A stretch of DNA of 33,406 bases, from the IMG/VR virus record IMGVR_UViG_3300044513_002211, positions 1-33,406 of that record. The stretch is one strand, 5' to 3'. Under the pieces are notes generated by a model. The model had not been told where the DNA came from. It saw only the letters and a list, made by a program, of their open reading frames with translations, and searched no databases. The translations under genes and the position numbers were made by a program. Shown here piece after piece: positions 1 through 9,966 of this stretch (positions within the stretch are counted from its first letter, which is position 1; every line of letters begins with the position of its first letter). This stretch comes from a virus (Duplodnaviria > Caudoviricetes).

Positions 1-29
1 ACAGCCGCCCCTTTTGGTTTGAGGATCAT
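1..29 (-). CDS. 5' end of a probable gene downstream of gp16 (MILKPKGAA...), truncated by the window edge
   Basis: ATG at 29-27 with an open frame to the window edge, about 25 nt downstream of a late-promoter motif at 54-61. Too short to assign a product. Confidence 0.35.
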
Positions 30-52
30 TTTACTAAGTCTATAGTCTCTTT

Positions 53-472
53 TTATTTATCTTTTTTCTTTGATGCGTCTTTCAGCATCTTCTGAAGATC
101 TGCTGTACTACCAACAAAGAGAGCATTGGTCACGTTGGTTGGTCCACTCTTCTTCTCTTCTCTGACAGACTTCTTGTCTTTCTGAAGTGTCATCAGTTTG
201 TCAGCAACGTCACCGACATGCTTGATCAACTGTCCAGCAACTTCGTATGCTCTAGGATGATCAGAAGACATTGCCAGGTCAAGAGCGCCGTTGATAGCTT
301 CTTGTCCTTTGTCCACCAACAGGTATAGATTGGATCTGGCGTATTCATAGTCACTCTCTACGTCATCCTTATCTTCTTTGATTGGAGGTTTCTTTGCCTT
401 TACCTCCTCCTGTGGTGCTACAATATCTGCAGTAGTTTCAAATACTTCGTCTAGTCCTTCAAAATTATCCAT
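53..472 (-). CDS. gp16: Terminase small subunit (T4 gp16-like)
   Basis: DYEYARSNLYLLVDKGQEAINGAL..SDHPRAYEVAGQLIK..NVTNALFVGSTADLQKML is typical of cyanomyovirus gp16. It follows gp15. Confidence 0.95.
   Translation of the reverse strand: MDNFEGLDEVFETTADIVAPQEEVKAKKPPIKEDKDDVESDYEYARSNLYLLVDKGQEAINGALDLAMSSDHPRAYEVAGQLIKHVGDVADKLMTLQKDKKSVREEKKSGPTNVTNALFVGSTADLQKMLKDASKKKDK
54..61 (-). promoter_or_regulatory. T4-like late promoter (GATAAATA)
   Basis: Plus-strand tatttatc is minus-strand GATAAATA, overlapping the gp16 stop codon. It matches the NATAAATA gp55-type late promoter. Confidence 0.7.
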
Positions 473-1466
473 AGAAACTTGTCAACTCATTAAATCCAAA
501 GTCATCGCCCGAGGTGAGCAGATCGTCATCATCAGTGTTAATCAGATCAACTGGTGTACCAGATGTTGCCGCCGCAGCAGACGTACCATTTTGTGCCCTG
601 CGAACCGTCAACTTATTAGTATCTGGTTTGCTCTTGACATACATAACCTCATTCCCAATTTCAATGTAGGACTGAAGTGGGATGTTGGTAGAATCTAAGA
701 CTTCGATAGTCAATGCCTTGGAAGTAATATCTGCAGCAAGTTCTGTTGCACCGTCCTTGTTTTGATCGCTGAGTGCCTTTGGAGTAACCTGATAAGATAC
801 TTGTCTGGTGGCAGTAAGATCGACATCTGTATAGTAATCGACCTTTGCTTTCTTGATGGGACTTGCAGTTCCAACAGGACCAAAGATGTATGCCTTAGCA
901 GTAAATGTTAGAGTGAACAGAGTGAGTTTTCTGTCGTCAAAGTTTCCTTCGTAGTCATCCGTATATGAAATACTATTCAAGACGATAGGGACATCTCTGA
1001 AGTCATTCATCTCATCAACCAACTTCAGGGTGATGTTGTAGGATGGTTGGAAGACTGGGAGAATCTGTTCGACGATCTCTAATGCTTCGTCGTTGGTTTT
1101 TGAGATAACGTTCAACTCAAAGTCAACGTTATATGGTACGGGAGTATACTGCTTCTTGATGGCATTGGCACCATCGGGTTTAAGCGTCAGAGTGATGGGG
1201 CTGAGTTTCCTTGCACCATCATAGGATACCCCAGTCATCTCAAAAGAAAGACGGGGGACTGTGATTGCAACTTTTTTGTTGAGATCTGCTTGCTCAGTAA
1301 GACGTGCTAAAAACTTTTGGCGAGGTCCATATGCCAGAGGCACCTTCATTCTGCTGTAGACGCTACCGTCTGCGTTCTCCTTACGGACTTCGATGTTATT
1401 GAAAAGTGTACCAAATCCAATGACGCACTTTCTAATAATTTTGTTATATGTATATGTCCCTAACAT
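465..1466 (-). CDS. gp15: Tail sheath stabiliser / tail terminator (T4 gp15-like)
   Basis: IRKCVIGFGTLFNNI, KVPLAYGPRQKFLARL, PRLSFEM, PVPYN and EQILPVFQP motifs; syntenic between gp14 and gp16. Confidence 0.95.
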   Translation of the reverse strand: MLGTYTYNKIIRKCVIGFGTLFNNIEVRKENADGSVYSRMKVPLAYGPRQKFLARLTEQADLNKKVAITVPRLSFEMTGVSYDGARKLSPITLTLKPDGANAIKKQYTPVPYNVDFELNVISKTNDEALEIVEQILPVFQPSYNITLKLVDEMNDFRDVPIVLNSISYTDDYEGNFDDRKLTLFTLTFTAKAYIFGPVGTASPIKKAKVDYYTDVDLTATRQVSYQVTPKALSDQNKDGATELAADITSKALTIEVLDSTNIPLQSYIEIGNEVMYVKSKPDTNKLTVRRAQNGTSAAAATSGTPVDLINTDDDDLLTSGDDFGFNELTSFYG

Positions 1467-1467
1467 A

Positions 1468-2796
1468 TCAAGTTGCTACTCCAAATGGATTTGTTTCAGT
1501 GAAATCAATAATGTCGTCAGCTAGTTCTTCAAACTCGACATTTTCATAGTATTTAGTATCTGTGCTTGCCATCTCATTTCTGCTTTCCAGAATGATGGTG
1601 GCACCAGAGTTGCTCCCCATGATGGTCTCACCAATGTTGAATGATGCCGTTGGAGACTTGAGTTTGATCCAACCTTCGACAGCATCCCACTCAACCAAGT
1701 TTGCGACAGCACCAGTAGTTCCACCAGTTACAGATTCTGGAACTTTGAATGCACCAGTGATACCCGCAGGAGCAGCGGATAGAGTTGTAGATGCAGTGGT
1801 GTATCCACTACCTGCTGCATCAACGTCAATAATTTTTACTGACTTATATTCAGATCCACCGTTGACAATATTGATAGACTTAAGAACTCCGTTCTCAAAA
1901 GTGGGAACGAGGTTTGCTGCAACGCCACCACTATCAGGACTGCTGACTACAAGAGTTGTTCTGTCTTCGTCATATCCTGCACCACCATCAACAATCTGAA
2001 CAGATCTAATTTCTCCTTCTTTCACCACAGATCTGATTACTGCGGTCTTTGTTGGGGATCCACCAGACAGTGTGATGTTTGCTAGGTATGCTGTTGCTGT
2101 AGCACCAGTACCATCACCAGTGATAGTTACTGTAGGTGCTTCGTTGTACTTGGATCCTGGGTTTGTCACCAAGATTTGAGATACTGCACCACCTTCCAGA
2201 ATCGTGCTTGCTGTAGCATTGGTTCCAGGATTTGTGACGTAGTAGTATTTGACTGTGTATCCAGTATCGATAAGTTCTTCGTCTCCTTCAAAGAAGTCAC
2301 CCTGCTCATCCTGATACTCAAAGAGTTCACACTTGAGTTTGTAGACATAACCCTTACCGAGCTGGTAGAATGGTTCTTCGTGCTCTACAAACTTAATTTC
2401 AAAATAGTTATTGCTCAGAGGGAAATAGATTAGATCTCCTTCTTGTGGTCTTTCTCCAACTTCAACATCAGTATCGAGAAGGAGGAACTGGGAGATGAGA
2501 TCAGAAAATCTTTGCTGCGAGATGACCATTGTGATCTCGTCAGTCTGTCTGATACCAAACTTAGTCAGAAGATCTCCACCACCTTGGAACCCTTCATTGT
2601 TTTCTAAGTATGCTTCAATCACATAGGAATCGTCAAACTCAGATATGACTTCTTCATTGAAGATGCCATCCTTTTGTACAAGTTTTCTTGGAATGTACAG
2701 GATGTCCATTCCAAACATCTTAAGATACTCCTCCACAATATTTTGTTGGAGGAATTGTTCGTTGCGAGTTCCGTGTGTGAAGTATACGTTTCTCAT
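1468..2796 (-). CDS. gp14: Neck protein (T4 gp14-like) with extended C-terminal beta-rich repeats
   Basis: FGMDILYIPR, LLTKFG, RPQEGDLIYFP, FEIKFVEHEEPFYQLGK..YKLKCELFEY and terminal DFTETNPFG. Confidence 0.95.
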   Translation of the reverse strand: MRNVYFTHGTRNEQFLQQNIVEEYLKMFGMDILYIPRKLVQKDGIFNEEVISEFDDSYVIEAYLENNEGFQGGGDLLTKFGIRQTDEITMVISQQRFSDLISQFLLLDTDVEVGERPQEGDLIYFPLSNNYFEIKFVEHEEPFYQLGKGYVYKLKCELFEYQDEQGDFFEGDEELIDTGYTVKYYYVTNPGTNATASTILEGGAVSQILVTNPGSKYNEAPTVTITGDGTGATATAYLANITLSGGSPTKTAVIRSVVKEGEIRSVQIVDGGAGYDEDRTTLVVSSPDSGGVAANLVPTFENGVLKSINIVNGGSEYKSVKIIDVDAAGSGYTTASTTLSAAPAGITGAFKVPESVTGGTTGAVANLVEWDAVEGWIKLKSPTASFNIGETIMGSNSGATIILESRNEMASTDTKYYENVEFEELADDIIDFTETNPFGVAT

Positions 2797-3608
2797 CCGA
2801 TCATATCCATTGGTGGGATTTCATAACTAGAAAGCATTTCGTCCTCAAGTTTCTGGACCGCTTCTTTACCTTCGTTGTAAATGAATTCACCATTCATAGT
2901 GATGCCACCAGGGAGTTGAGCACCTTGGAACTTAATCAGGTTTGCACCCCACTGACGGCGGATCAGAGCAGTAAGATAACGCTTTACCCATGGATCGTTA
3001 TATACTGCAGTAAAGTCTGTTGGGTCAACTGCACGATAGCAATCAAGAACTAAGTAATCACCATCAGCAATATCTTCTTGGAAGTCGATGTCAAGATACA
3101 GACGATCTCCACGCATCTGCCATCTCAACTGCTTCTGACCTTCTAACAGGAAGTAGATATCTTCCAGTCTGCGGTTGACCATCTCATATGTTAGAATCTC
3201 CGTATTGGTCAGATCCCAGAGATCATTCAGTCTCCACTGATAGCGAACGTCAAACAGGTTTGTTGTATTCTTAGAAACAAAATCAAAGACTTTGATTACG
3301 CTAGTGACATAATCTGGAAGTTTGATATAATTGTTCTGTGTCTTATATGTGATACTATCGTTACCACTGGTAGCATTTGTAACTGTAGTATCAGTATCTG
3401 TTGTCATTCTATCGATGACAACTTGACTAAATGGAACTTTCAGGAAGGTTCTGATATAACCATCCATGTGGCGCTCATTGTAATACTGAATAGCATCATC
3501 GACTAGATCGTCGATCTGATCATCATCAACGTTGATTTCTAATACAGGAGCACCGAGTTGACGCAGAGCGTAATCAATCAGTTCCTGCCTGGTGCTAGGT
3601 TGTGCCAT
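2793..3608 (-). CDS. gp13: Neck protein (T4 gp13-like)
   Basis: RQELIDYALRQLGAPVLEINVDDDQIDD, WVKRYLTALIRRQWGANLIKF..QLPGGITMNG and terminal PPMDMIG. Confidence 0.96.
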   Translation of the reverse strand: MAQPSTRQELIDYALRQLGAPVLEINVDDDQIDDLVDDAIQYYNERHMDGYIRTFLKVPFSQVVIDRMTTDTDTTVTNATSGNDSITYKTQNNYIKLPDYVTSVIKVFDFVSKNTTNLFDVRYQWRLNDLWDLTNTEILTYEMVNRRLEDIYFLLEGQKQLRWQMRGDRLYLDIDFQEDIADGDYLVLDCYRAVDPTDFTAVYNDPWVKRYLTALIRRQWGANLIKFQGAQLPGGITMNGEFIYNEGKEAVQKLEDEMLSSYEIPPMDMIG

Positions 3609-3614
3609 GTTGTC

Positions 3615-6600
3615 TTAGGATGGATTGACGTTGAATCTAATTCTCACATAATATGTAGTGTTTGGATCAAGAGTTACACCACCAGGGAGTGTATATGAAG
3701 TCAAGTTGACCGTGTTTCCAAGAGACTGGTGTACGATAGTTGTAAACGTATTTGCTCCAGAGAACTGCCAATCACTAGAGGTATGTACATAACCATTAAT
3801 GATTTGTGCTGGGTCAACATTGATTGTTGGGTTGAACGCTGGTGTGATTGTTTGGATCTCTGGTTGATCAACAATAGGAGTTGTGAAATTGACTGCAGCA
3901 GTGTAAGCACTTTCCAGTCCAGCATTATCTCTGAACTTAACCTGAACATTGTAAGTTGTGTTGAAGTCTAGAGTTCCACCTGGGACAGTAAATGATGTCA
4001 GGTTTCCAGTATCTCCATTTGCAAAAGTTCCAGATGTATCGTATACTGTAACGTTATCGGATACTCTTCTGATTCTCCAGAAACTGGAGAAGTGTGTTGA
4101 TCCAGTATATTCTGGAACAAATGCAGAAGTGTTGATAACTGGAGTTCTATTGAATGCGAGGTTTGTATCTGGGTCAATGGTAGGAGTTACTGTTGTTGGG
4201 GGAGATACAAATTCAGATTCATTTACTGTGAGAGTTGCTGCAGCAGAAGTAACGGAAGTTGCTGCTACGTTAGAGAGAACACAGCGGAACTGCTCAGATG
4301 GTGTTGTTGGGAAAACTGTTGTTGGAGTTGTATAGGATGCACCATTTGCTCCATTGATGTTGTTCCAATTGGATCCACCATCTGTAGATTTCTGCCATTG
4401 GTAACTTACTACGTCACTGGTGATGCCTGCAGCGATGGAGAAGGTTGCTTGATTTCCTTCAATGACAGAAGTGTTCTGTGGTTGTGCAATAATTGTAATT
4501 ACTCTAAGAACTGAGAGTAATGCAAAACTAGAATCAATGTCACCAGCAGATCCTACAAGAGAAACTCTACAGAGATATCTATCATCATTATCATTGGAAT
4601 AGACTAGTGCTGGTGTTGTGTAAGATGCGTTAGTTGCACCTACAACATCCGCATAGTTTGCACCGCCATCATCAGATCTCCTCCACTGATATGTTGGAGT
4701 TCCACTACTACTAGATGTGGTTACGCTAAAGGTTGCAGTTCCACCCTCATTGCCAGTTTGGTTTGCTGGTTGAGAATCAATCGTAAATGTTCTTTGAACT
4801 GTAAGAGTTGCTCCATTTGTGTATACTGGAGATACTGCTCCAACGGCATCAATCTCACAACGATAGACATCACTATTATCATCAGCATATGTCAACGTTC
4901 CTGTTGTATAACTAGGAGAAGTTGCCCCAACAACGGTTGTCCAAGTCATTCCACCGTTATCAGAACGCTCCCACTGATAAGTTACAGATGGTTCATGATC
5001 TGACATGAGACCCAATCCAGGTCCAGTGCCCGCTTCGTTCCCACCACCTCCAGATGGAGTTACCCAAGATTCTGTATCAAACGAAGAAGATGCTGCATTA
5101 CCGCCAATAGGTGTCAGCGTTACATCTCCAAGAGTTGTGAACGTAGCAGTTGCATTTTCATTGACTGTTGCATTTTGTGGTTGAGTTACAACCACTGGAG
5201 TTACTGTTTCTACCTGAAGAGTAGCAGCATTGGTTGGAGTTGTTGTTGCTCCAGGAGCAGACAGTAAACAACGGTATTGATATCCATCTTCAGTACCAGT
5301 TAACGTTGCTGTTGTGTAAGTGTCAGTCGTTTCACCCGTTCCATCGGTGACGTTCGACCAGTTTGCACCACTATCAATCGAGAACTGCCATTGGAATGTG
5401 ATATCCCCAGCATCATTGTCTGAGGTTGTTCCTGCAGTTGTGAAGGTTCTAGTACCACCAACAGATCCAGTCTCATTTACTGGTTGAGTAGTAACTGTAA
5501 TTGTTCTAGTTACTAAGTTTCTAGCAGCACTGGATGTTGCATCTGTTGCACCAGATACACTAATTACACACCTATAATAATCACCAAAGTCATTATCATA
5601 AGAAGTTGTACCAGTCGTATAGGATGCGTTTGTTGCTCCAGAGATAGGTGTGTAAGACACATTGTCTTCGGAAGTTTGCCATTGGTAGGCAAGTGTTGCT
5701 GCATCCAATGTAGAAGCGGTAACACTAAATGTAGCTGGAGCAGGTGCTACTGGGAATTGATTTGTTGGTTGATTACTAATTGTAATTGTTCTGAATACTG
5801 TAAGCGTTACAGCATTTGTTGTGGATGGAGATACTGCCGTTGCTGTGTCAAGAACACAACGGAATTGGTATCCATTTTTAGCGAAGTCATCATCAACTGT
5901 TAATGTGTTTGTGGTTGCTCCACTATATCCACCACCGTTGGAAACGTTGCTCCAGTTTACTCCACTGTTTGTTGAGACTTCCCACTGGAAAGTGATCGTA
6001 GATGCATCAGAACTTGTGCCTAAAACTGGACCAAAGGATGCAGTGCCTCCAGATCCAGATTCTACGGAATCATCCGATGGTTGCTGAGTAATTGTTACAA
6101 GAACTCCAGTTCCAATTGTAGTGAGACTGTAGTTTCTGGATACGTTAGCACTGGTTTCAGTTACTGTAAAGTTGAAGGTTGTATCGATATAGTCTGACGT
6201 TACAGTTCCAGAAAGAACACCAGTGTTCGCACCAATGCTCAACCCCGATGCTGTAATGTTGTCACCAGTTACTGTGTACCTTTCGTAGAATGGTTCGTTA
6301 GCAAATGTAGTTGCTGTAGAGAGACCGAGGTCAATATTTACTGTTGCACCATTTGCAAATCCTCCACTGCTAACATCTCCAGCTGGAGTGGCGAAGGTTG
6401 TTACTACATCAATGTATGGATAGAACGCACCTCTGTTTACAGTTTTAATTGCAGCAGTGCTAGACAGATCAAAGTCAACACCAGAATCTACTGGGTAGTA
6501 TTTGATGTTTGTGTATGATCCAGTCCCCTGTGCTTCCTGTGCGTCGGTTTGGGATCTGAGTGTTGTTCCAGAGAAGACTACGCCATCAATACTTTCGTGG

Positions 6601-8726
6601 GTGAGTTCATCCTCTTTAATGAGGGCAAGGTAGTTATTTGTTCCACCACCAGTTGTTGTATTGATTGGTGTGTTTGCCGTCTGGATTGTAATTGTATTAT
6701 TGACAGCACTCTCTGCTTGAATAGTAAACCAACCATTGGATGCCTCTGTACCGAGGTTGATACCTGCAATGATCAGGGATGTAGAACCAGTTCTCAACTG
6801 AACTTTTTTACCAACATTTCCAAGGAAGTGTGATGCATCTGCAGAGTTGAAACTGACACTTACAAAGTTAGATCCACTATTAAATTCAAATGGATTATCT
6901 GGAAGTCTCCTTTCTTCAATGCTGTTTACTGGATATAAACTGTGAGTACCTTTGATGATGTCACCAGTAGGTCCAGTAGTTCTGATGAAAGATTTTGAAA
7001 GTCCCGTAAGACCGTTTGTTGCTCTTGTGTAACCATTCGCTGCTGTCCAGGAGGCAAGAATACCAGTTACAATAGGACAAGAGAACGATGTACCATTGAT
7101 GGTATCGTAGTTCGCTGTACTTGTGTAGGAAGTGTTTGTTGTCCAGTTCCACTCTGGCAATAGAATCTTTGCACCAGGAGCAACCGTAGTACAACCAGAA
7201 CCATAGTTGGAGAAGTCTGCCCAACGGTCGTTGTATTCGGTAGCACCAACGGTAACTTTATTCTGGTCTACATCAACAGTGTTGACATCACCATCACTGT
7301 ATCCAGCAGTTCTTGCACCTGCAACCATTCTTGTCTGCAATGGTCCTGCAAACTCACTAGAAGAATCAATAAAACCATTACCCGCAGAACGGGAAATCAT
7401 CACATTATATGTACCAACGATTGTGCTCTCAATATCATCGAGCATCTCTTCATCAGTACCAGTGTCATTACCAGCATCATTCAGTTCAACATATGGATAA
7501 CTTCCAGATGGGATAGTTGGACCAAATGAAGAGTTGATGATTGCAGGTCTAGTATCACCTTTGTAGTTTGCATCAGCAGGATCGTTGTGATCAATAACTG
7601 CCTGATATGCACTCAGGATGTCGGTGTATGTTCCAGAGAGGGAACTGTTAAATGCCTTGAGGGCATAGATCTTTGCCTTTCTAGAAACACCAGCAGTTCT
7701 ACCAGCAGAGAGGATAGCACAATATGTTCCGTGACCATTGTCATCTTCGTTGGTGCTTCCAAGTCCACTGAAGTGACTTAGTTCATATACTCTATAGTTC
7801 TGTTGCTCAGAAAGACCATTCAGATCAGCAACGTTATCTGGATCAAAAAGTTCTGGGTGGAGTGATGCGTTAGTTCCTGTTGGTCTGCTAGCACCACGGA
7901 CACCACTATCAATAACATAGATGTCTACACCATCACCGTCTTCGGTATAACTAAACTGTCTGTTAAGGTATTGACGATCTTGCTTGGTAATTCTATCAAG
8001 GTGCCACATATCGTGGACGTTGATGGTTCCATATCTATTAGGAGATGTCTGATATCTACCCATTCCAGAATGAGTAGAGCAGTAGTAATACAGAATAGAT
8101 GGGACAGTGTTACCAATGGTGATCCTAGTATACGATCCTGCCTGACCAGGAGTACCATTTACGGTAACGCCCGCTGTAGATTCTACGCCGCCAGTGTGAG
8201 TTCCGTCTGGAGTTTCAGAAAATCTAAATGGGTGTCCTGTATTAGAACTATCGGATGTATCAAAGGTATACGTACCACCCTGCAGGAATCCTGTAAAGTT
8301 TGAGTATCTAGCAAAAGGACCTGATGGGTTTAATCCAAGAACAAAATAGTCATTGCCACTGATGTTTTGTACCTGTACATATACAGTACCAGATCCAGCA
8401 GTTGTGATATTTCTTGTGCTTCTTGTTGCATCTCCCTGTGCTTCCTCTACTGCCTCAGCGTCTCCATCCGTGTCTACAGTTAAGGTAGCAGTTTCAACTG
8501 GATTGCATGAGAACTTTTCCCCATCCCATGTTGCTCTAGTTACATAATGAAGCGAATCCAAACCAATAATCGCTTCATCCTCCTTTCCCTCCGCAACGTC
8601 GAAAGTGAGGATGCCAAAACTTCTAAACTTTTGTACAAAGGTAAGATAACTGAACTTAGCAAGGATAGCACTTTTTGCTCTTTCTAGTTCGTAATTATCA
8701 GATACCCTGACTACTACCCTTTTCAT
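3615..8726 (-). CDS. Large putative virion protein: prodomain-like N-terminus, cupredoxin-like module, S8 (subtilisin-like) protease, six Ig-like repeats, two FN3-like domains
   Basis: Catalytic triad D273 (VDIYVIDSGV), H332 (DDNGHGTYCA) and S547 (NGTSFSCPIVTG); RWADFSNYG motif; repeated ITxQPxN..YQWQxSxD..YRC units; perfect late promoter upstream. Confidence 0.88.
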   Translation of the reverse strand: MKRVVVRVSDNYELERAKSAILAKFSYLTFVQKFRSFGILTFDVAEGKEDEAIIGLDSLHYVTRATWDGEKFSCNPVETATLTVDTDGDAEAVEEAQGDATRSTRNITTAGSGTVYVQVQNISGNDYFVLGLNPSGPFARYSNFTGFLQGGTYTFDTSDSSNTGHPFRFSETPDGTHTGGVESTAGVTVNGTPGQAGSYTRITIGNTVPSILYYYCSTHSGMGRYQTSPNRYGTINVHDMWHLDRITKQDRQYLNRQFSYTEDGDGVDIYVIDSGVRGASRPTGTNASLHPELFDPDNVADLNGLSEQQNYRVYELSHFSGLGSTNEDDNGHGTYCAILSAGRTAGVSRKAKIYALKAFNSSLSGTYTDILSAYQAVIDHNDPADANYKGDTRPAIINSSFGPTIPSGSYPYVELNDAGNDTGTDEEMLDDIESTIVGTYNVMISRSAGNGFIDSSSEFAGPLQTRMVAGARTAGYSDGDVNTVDVDQNKVTVGATEYNDRWADFSNYGSGCTTVAPGAKILLPEWNWTTNTSYTSTANYDTINGTSFSCPIVTGILASWTAANGYTRATNGLTGLSKSFIRTTGPTGDIIKGTHSLYPVNSIEERRLPDNPFEFNSGSNFVSVSFNSADASHFLGNVGKKVQLRTGSTSLIIAGINLGTEASNGWFTIQAESAVNNTITIQTANTPINTTTGGGTNNYLALIKEDELTHESIDGVVFSGTTLRSQTDAQEAQGTGSYTNIKYYPVDSGVDFDLSSTAAIKTVNRGAFYPYIDVVTTFATPAGDVSSGGFANGATVNIDLGLSTATTFANEPFYERYTVTGDNITASGLSIGANTGVLSGTVTSDYIDTTFNFTVTETSANVSRNYSLTTIGTGVLVTITQQPSDDSVESGSGGTASFGPVLGTSSDASTITFQWEVSTNSGVNWSNVSNGGGYSGATTNTLTVDDDFAKNGYQFRCVLDTATAVSPSTTNAVTLTVFRTITISNQPTNQFPVAPAPATFSVTASTLDAATLAYQWQTSEDNVSYTPISGATNASYTTGTTSYDNDFGDYYRCVISVSGATDATSSAARNLVTRTITVTTQPVNETGSVGGTRTFTTAGTTSDNDAGDITFQWQFSIDSGANWSNVTDGTGETTDTYTTATLTGTEDGYQYRCLLSAPGATTTPTNAATLQVETVTPVVVTQPQNATVNENATATFTTLGDVTLTPIGGNAASSSFDTESWVTPSGGGGNEAGTGPGLGLMSDHEPSVTYQWERSDNGGMTWTTVVGATSPSYTTGTLTYADDNSDVYRCEIDAVGAVSPVYTNGATLTVQRTFTIDSQPANQTGNEGGTATFSVTTSSSSGTPTYQWRRSDDGGANYADVVGATNASYTTPALVYSNDNDDRYLCRVSLVGSAGDIDSSFALLSVLRVITIIAQPQNTSVIEGNQATFSIAAGITSDVVSYQWQKSTDGGSNWNNINGANGASYTTPTTVFPTTPSEQFRCVLSNVAATSVTSAAATLTVNESEFVSPPTTVTPTIDPDTNLAFNRTPVINTSAFVPEYTGSTHFSSFWRIRRVSDNVTVYDTSGTFANGDTGNLTSFTVPGGTLDFNTTYNVQVKFRDNAGLESAYTAAVNFTTPIVDQPEIQTITPAFNPTINVDPAQIINGYVHTSSDWQFSGANTFTTIVHQSLGNTVNLTSYTLPGGVTLDPNTTYYVRIRFNVNPS
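4215..6105 (-). repeat. Six tandem Ig-like repeats (protein level, about 95-135 aa each)
   Basis: Units begin ITQQP, ISNQP, VTTQP, VVTQP, IDSQP and IIAQP. Each has (Y/F)QW, G(A/E)(T/N)xxx(Y/L)T and (Y/F)xC. Boundaries are approximate. Confidence 0.85.
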
Positions 8727-8755
8727 TCGTGTCAGTCACAATAGTCCTTCAGGAG

Positions 8756-8763
8756 TATTTATA
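8756..8763 (-). promoter_or_regulatory. T4-like late promoter (TATAAATA)
   Basis: Perfect consensus directly after the aminotransferase stop and about 30 nt upstream of the S8 protein ATG (8726). Confidence 0.85.
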
Positions 8764-9966
8764 CTATTGTGATTGGAAGAATTCTATTAGTCTCTTTTCC
8801 ATCTGTTGGAAATAAATTCCATCAGATACAAAGTTTGCAATGATGCGGATAGATCCATTTCTAGTCTTCGTTAAGGACAATCCAGCATTCATGAATGCTT
8901 CCATACTGAGATCTCCATTGGCATCCATGTATTTTTCCTGTGGATCCATGGATAAGAAGAGATCATCGCATCTATATGATGTTATATATTTACGTTCGAG
9001 AAGTTGCTCTGCAACCATCTTAAGGCAAAACTCAATGTGAGGTGTCAACGAAAACAGATCATCTCTTTTAATAATCTCCACAACCTTACTCATTGCTTTG
9101 ATTCCAGTCATGGTTGGTTGCCAAGTATGACCGAACTCCCAGTCTTTATTTTTAATCACATCGCCAACTTTCTTATTGGCAACAGAACATCCTAAAGGAG
9201 TATATCCAGCAGTCAGAGACTTACCGAGTGCTGCGATATCTGGTTGAACTCCATACTTCTGCCACCCATGCCAGTTGCCAGACTTGCCCCAGCAACATGC
9301 CACGTCATCTACGATCATCAGTACATTCTCTTGATCACAAAGATGACGTACCATCTTCCACCAGGAAGGTGACCATGGTATACCACCCTTTAACCAAGGA
9401 AGAGTTTCCATGACAACACATCCAACCTTACCTCTGTATGTTTTGAGTAAGAGTTGTAGATATTTGAATGACTTCCTCTCAGCAGATACTTGATCTTCTT
9501 TCTTCTTCCAAAGAGGTGTCGGTACTTTTTTAATTCGCTTTACATAGTTGTCATCATCACCCATTGCACGACAGAGAAATGTCGTACCATGAAAACTAGG
9601 AGTGAATGTGACAATGATATTTTCTGGGTTTCCCCAATACTGATCGTTCATCTTGATCGCAGATTCTACTGCAGATGAACCAGAAATTGCCCAGGATAAA
9701 ACATCCCAGTTACCAGTCTCACAAACATGCTGAACCATTTCCTGTGCTAACTCACAGGTTTCTCCCCTGTTACCTCTAACAAAGTTGACATCAGAATCAA
9801 TAGAACTGAGTATCTCTTTGTTTCCATAACCCAAAATATAAGCGGAGTTTCCAGACTGCACATCGAGTAAACGAGTGCCATCGGAATACTCCACCCAATA
9901 CTTTTCTGTTTTAGTTACAATTTTATCAAGTTGACCGTTGGTCCACGCTCTAAGTTCAGACGGCAT
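8764..9966 (-). CDS. Class-III PLP-dependent aminotransferase (BioA/ornithine-AT superfamily), substrate unknown
   Basis: SGSSAVESAIK, FHGTT, IVDDVACCWGKSG (canonical DEVxTGFGRTG), PDIAALGK249SLTAGYTPLG with the PLP lysine, and GHTW. Confidence 0.9.
   Translation of the reverse strand: MPSELRAWTNGQLDKIVTKTEKYWVEYSDGTRLLDVQSGNSAYILGYGNKEILSSIDSDVNFVRGNRGETCELAQEMVQHVCETGNWDVLSWAISGSSAVESAIKMNDQYWGNPENIIVTFTPSFHGTTFLCRAMGDDDNYVKRIKKVPTPLWKKKEDQVSAERKSFKYLQLLLKTYRGKVGCVVMETLPWLKGGIPWSPSWWKMVRHLCDQENVLMIVDDVACCWGKSGNWHGWQKYGVQPDIAALGKSLTAGYTPLGCSVANKKVGDVIKNKDWEFGHTWQPTMTGIKAMSKVVEIIKRDDLFSLTPHIEFCLKMVAEQLLERKYITSYRCDDLFLSMDPQEKYMDANGDLSMEAFMNAGLSLTKTRNGSIRIIANFVSDGIYFQQMEKRLIEFFQSQ

Noticed and set aside
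8745-8756. Small hairpin (TCCTGAAGGA) after the late promoter
   Set aside because: The stem is only 3-4 bp and has no U-tract, too weak to call a terminator or RBS-sequestering element.
8764-9966. Annotation as bioA (biotin synthesis AMG)
   Set aside because: Only superfamily-level motifs are visible and there are no bio neighbours.
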